The position numbers and the translations under genes are program-made. Source: Balanoglossus misakiensis (lineage: Eukaryota; Animalia; Hemichordata). From it: a stretch of 64,000 nucleotides of DNA. Under the pieces are notes generated by a model that saw only the letters and a list, made by a program, of their open reading frames with translations, had not been told where the DNA came from and did not search any database. Of this stretch, positions 59,401 to 64,000 are shown piece after piece. Where the stretch lies: the NCBI GenBank assembly GCA_040954595.2, contig CM082579.2, positions 9,599,625 to 9,663,624 on the forward strand. The letters are read 5' to 3'. Every line of letters begins with the position of its first letter. Position 1 is the stretch's first letter.

Positions 59401-62400
59401 AAACAAGTTAATGTACTATTTTAGCAACTGACACTCTAATGTGTAGAGCACTTAGTATTCATTATCAAGACTAACCCTTTGAACTCAGACCTCCAGACCA
59501 CCAGTACTACCCCCTCCCCTCCACCCCGAAGAGGCAACAAGTTAACTTTCCCTGAGAATCAAAAGAAAACCCTATTTCTACAACTTGTGTGTTTTGTATT
59601 CTATTTATTGTATGTATCCATTCCCTTTGTAAGTTTTGTTTATTTAAAGGTGTCATTTAGTTAAGTCAGAACAGTTATGAACCAAAACTGAGGCTTTGCA
59701 ATTTCATGTTTACTGTGAAAGAAAAATGGCTTTAATATTATCCTTAGAACTTGCATTTTAAGTGAGGTAACATTTTTATAGAACAGAAGCTTATGGTATT
59801 TATAAGGAAATCTGGGATGGAGTTTGATTTATACTCCGTGTAGATGCTGTGTATGTTATGTCTTTTCCGTTTTGTTACATATGTTTGCCTCAATGCCTGA
59901 TTAGACATTGCCGTGATAATTATAGAATGACATCTCAAATTGGTGGTATACTAAAGTGATTGGTTGGACTTCATGCAAATAACATCATCGATACTTGGTG
60001 CACTACATCTGATTGGCTGTTGCCATGGAGTTTATGGAAATGATTCTAGGTATTGGAAATCTGATTGGTCGTTCCCATGGTATTTACGAAAATGATCTTT
60101 ATTTATAAAGCAAAATGTGTCATGTGCAGGAAGGGCATATTTACAGAGTTTCCACAAACAAAGTAGAGAAAAATTTGAATTTAATTTTATATTTTCAAAA
60201 ATTACCATCAGTCATGTTACACTTTGCAGATAGCAGCTTAATCAAGCGACTGTTTTCTTCAGAACTGTACATTTGTTTTTAGTTTCTCAGTAATTTTCCA
60301 AATGTACTTTCAAATGAACATATAATATTGAAATGTTTAAATGAAAAGGCTTCAGAATAAAAAAAATGCATTTAAGTTATACTGAGGTTCTTATTAAATT
60401 CTGAGGTGTGTAAGTAATGCAGGCCTGGCAGTGAGCGCCAGACATGATGGACGCAAAATTTCTCCGTTTATACAAATGCTGAGGCCATCAGTTATCATGC
60501 AAGGCTAAACATATATGGTTAAGATATTGATGGGGACACACGTCAGATGTCAGACTAAGTTCAAACTCAACTCCTAAACTTGGAAGTTTGAGTCAAAACA
60601 CTAAATGAAATCGAAAGATTGTGTATGACCAAAAAATAAATTATAAACGAAATCTGTGCACGAGTATGGTAATGCAAATAAATGCTGTTAATGATGAGGA
60701 AATAAAAAATTGTGACTGAAAAAGTTGTTATCCGTCATATATAGAAATGAAATGACCATTCTCCATGCAGTTTTTTTGTATCGTCCCCCAGAAAGACACC
60801 CAAAACTATTATTAGGTGTTTAGTTTTTTTTTTTTACTAAAACGAAACTCTCGCACAATTTATCACAGAGCCTACAGAAGTGTCTCCCATCCTTGAATGT
60901 GTCATACATCACCAACCTTTGCTGCGTCAACTTCTGCCTGTGGTGGTGCTATTCACTTTTGTGGTACTGGTTGGTACCAGTATCTCCAGGGCTAGCGCCG
61001 CCTCGTGGATATCAGGTCATTCAGCCAAGCTGCAACTGCTTCTGTTCAGCAATATGCTTTCAGGTGATCCCATGGTGCACTAGTTTAGTCTAAAGGGGCA
61101 CAGTGAAGATCTAGTCTACCTAGTGTTTTCTAGTTTTGTAAAATTAAAATCATGTTTGACTTTGTGTAACATATGTTGGGAAATGTTGCATGTGGGATAT
61201 CTCATGCATGGATCTGCAACTAAAATCAACATTTGGTCTATCTCCAGAAAAAGGTATAATTCAATTGATAAGAAAGGGCCTTCCTCATGGTCTACCTCCA
61301 AAATGAAATCGTTTAAAAATGTGCTGCATTTTTGACTGATTTGGACAAAGTTATAAATTTACACTAAAACCATGACAAGAGATCAACAATGAACAGTAAC
61401 AATACATTTTCACTGCGTGAGGTAGAAACTCATGAGAAAGTCCCGTATGAACAAAACTAATGCGAGGCAATATCTTCACTTTTTGAAACACTCTTTTATT
61501 GATTCAGTGGAGAAAACTCGAGGCAGATGTTATATACATGTATTCTCTCGCCATGAAGCTGCATGTACCACAGATGGGGTCTAGGAACAGCACAACATCA
61601 CTGATACCATTCTCTTCATCCTCATCACCATGGACACACACACACTCGCTACCACAAAGTGGCTATCACACACACACTCCCACTGACGGGCTCTCCATTG
61701 CAGCGCTTCAATCTAGACTACGAAATTAAGAGAAATTTGCCAGGCCATTCCCCGACTGTCGAATACCGAAGACAGATTCACGGCACCAAGGGACTTGCTT
61801 TCCCGTTCAAATGAATCAAAATGTTCCCCCTCCAACTAAAATAGTGTCCCCTCTACAGTGCCATCCTGGGTGAAACACTAACTGCAAACTATTCATTCAA
61901 GTGAATGCCACTGGGAAAAAGGAGGATTATTGCATGCATATTTTTTTTACTAAAGACAGAATTATATCCAATGAGTGGGAAACAATTGAATACTTTTTTT
62001 TTCAAGCAAAATTTTAGTTTCACATTCTTTCTGAAAAGTAATTTATGCATATACCTCCACCATATTTTTTCACAACTTTGTTATCAAGGAACATTTGTCA
62101 AACAAGTTTTCACAAGAATCAAAACACAAGACTTAATAAAATTTCACACAGGATAACAAACAGAAACCAAAATTTGACCAAATTAAGTAACTATTCACAC
62201 AGTATTTCCGGTCACAATATCCAAAGCCAGTTGAACAAAATCTAGGGTTTGTCTCTCTCCCCCCAAAAATCCCACTCATCTTGCGTCAATACACCATATG
62301 ACAGCAGTGTTATATAAAAATATTTTATTTGCAGATTTCAGTAAATGTTTCCACTCTTTTCAAGAGCACATTGGCAGTACTATCATTTTCACTGCAAACA

Positions 62401-62805
62401 AAACTGTCAGACACTTTCCTGCATATTCGCAGAGAATACAGAACTGTTAAGATTTACAAAACAAGATCAGGTGATTTATCAAATGCATTTTTAAAACAAT
62501 CTGTGGAAAATATACAATTTATTTTACAGCATCAAACATAAAATACCAAAAAAAAGAAACAAAGTATTAATATTTATAAAAACAAGAATTACAGCAAGAT
62601 TATTTTTGACAATATCACGGTTAGAGATGATGTTATTTACATTGTATTTAAACCAATAGCCCTGAGGTGAAAGAATTTCTTAGATTTACAGGCACAGAAT
62701 AGAAAGACCAGAGAGGTTATGAATAATTATTTGCACTTGTCTTTCCAAACCCCGTATTAAACTTAGCTAACACCAAGTGCAAGCTCTCTTTTTGTTATCC
62801 AAACT

Positions 62806-63836
62806 TCACATCTCCTCAGTTTTTATACTTTCAGTTTTGACGTCGTCTTCTTTTGCTGGTTCCGGTTCTTTCTCTGCAGTCGTCTCTGCACTTTCTTGCT
62901 GGCGCGGATCTGCAGCTTTGTCAGCCTCCGAAGTTTCTGAAGTTTTACTTTCTGTTGTACCCTCTGCAGTTTCTGTCGTTGTAGCCTCTGCGGTTTCTGT
63001 CGTTGTGACCACTGCCGTTTCTGTCGTTGTGACCACTGCCGTTTCTGTCGTTGTGACCACTGCCGTTTCTGTCGTTGTAGCCTCTGCCGTTTCTGTCGTA
63101 GTCTCTGCCGTTTCTGTGACCACTGCTGTTTCTATGACCACTGGAAACTGTGGTTTCGCTGGTTCCTCAACTGGAGTTGGCGTCTCTGGCACAACAGTAA
63201 CCTAGGTGGCAATAACAAACTATTAGAACATGATTTTTATGTCTTGAAACAACAGAGTTTACTTCCACTTTACAACATCTCTACATCTTGAACTAGATCA
63301 ATTTTCTACAGCCGGTGACTGTAGGCAATGGATCTAGTTCCATCTTCAAACAGGCACCCACAGATACCATTACATGCTACCCCAGGTAATTCAGTTTCAC
63401 ATACTAGTATATTGACAAATTTAAATTTAATACTCACATCTTTGGTGTCTTCATAACACAACGGATGATATGTCTGCAAAAAAAGTCCCAGAGAAGGTAA
63501 ATTAGCTTTCATCACATTTAACTTAATCTGCTGGGATAGAGAGTGTGAAAAGTACAGAAGAAACAGTATCCTCTTCCCGTAGAAACCAGTCATGCATTTT
63601 TTGTTTGCATTTAAATCAACAATGCAGAAATACCCAGAACACTCTAGGCCATAGCATGTATCACCCGCTATAGAGAGTGATCAAGAAATGAACACATTGG
63701 TTCTAAGCAGCTCAACCATCTAATTGTGACAGTCGGTGCCTACCTTGCCATCCACCCTGATTGCATCTTTCAGCTGCCACTGTTCCTCTTCCTCGTCCCA
63801 GAACTGTTCAAACGATTCCTGGCAGATATCACACAC
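62806..63836 (-). CDS. PCF11: Pre-mRNA cleavage complex II protein PCF11, last three coding exons (gene continues off the right edge)
   Basis: Exons 63836-63744 (VCDICQESFEQFWDEEEEQWQLKDAIRVDGK) and 63473-63438 (TYHPLCYEDTKD) form the C-terminal C2HC zinc-binding motif of PCF11; 63201-62806 encodes an acidic tail ending VKTESIKTEEM*. Confidence 0.88.
62950..63133 (-). repeat. Coding 24-bp minisatellite (TETAVVTT/TETAEATT) in the PCF11 last exon
   Basis: gtttctgtcgttgtgaccactgcc x3 flanked by variant units. Confidence 0.9.
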
Positions 63837-64000
63837 CTGGACAAAAAGAGGCAACAATTTATACGTTGAAGACTAGCACACTTCAGTGTGAGAGGCATTT
63901 GCTAAGAATTTCCCCACACAAAATCATGATAATATCCCATCCCAAAGACCAATTTTTCATAACAACACAACAGCAAAACAATAACACTCCAGTGAGTGAG

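Noticed and set aside
62950-63133. Regularly spaced repeats resembling a CRISPR array
   Set aside because: Head-to-tail coding minisatellite with no unique spacers; eukaryotic context and no cas genes.

Overview
Intron-rich, AT-rich animal (invertebrate-looking bilaterian) genomic DNA, not prokaryotic; most ORF-track entries are exon fragments or noise. Manual splicing gives six complete genes and two partial ones: the first coding exon of an unidentified signal-anchor protein (-, runs off the left edge), NuMA/NUMA1 (-), LRRC51 (+), LAMTOR1 (-), NAA15/16 (+), a 13-exon malate synthase (-), RAB33 (+), and the 3' end of PCF11 (-, runs off the right edge). The genes form three head-to-head pairs, and many short non-autonomous DNA transposons lie between and within them. 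Main points of interest: (1) an inverted ~78-bp copy of the malate synthase catalytic exon plus its splice acceptor sits in an upstream intron of the same gene and could fold back onto the real exon; (2) this animal malate synthase has an N-terminal PTS2 and no PTS1; (3) two human gene neighbourhoods (NUMA1-LRRC51-LAMTOR1 and NAA15-RAB33B) are joined here, with malate synthase between NAA15 and RAB33; (4) a large palindromic element lies 52 bp upstream of the malate synthase ATG. Gene identities rest on recalled motifs; no database searches were run.
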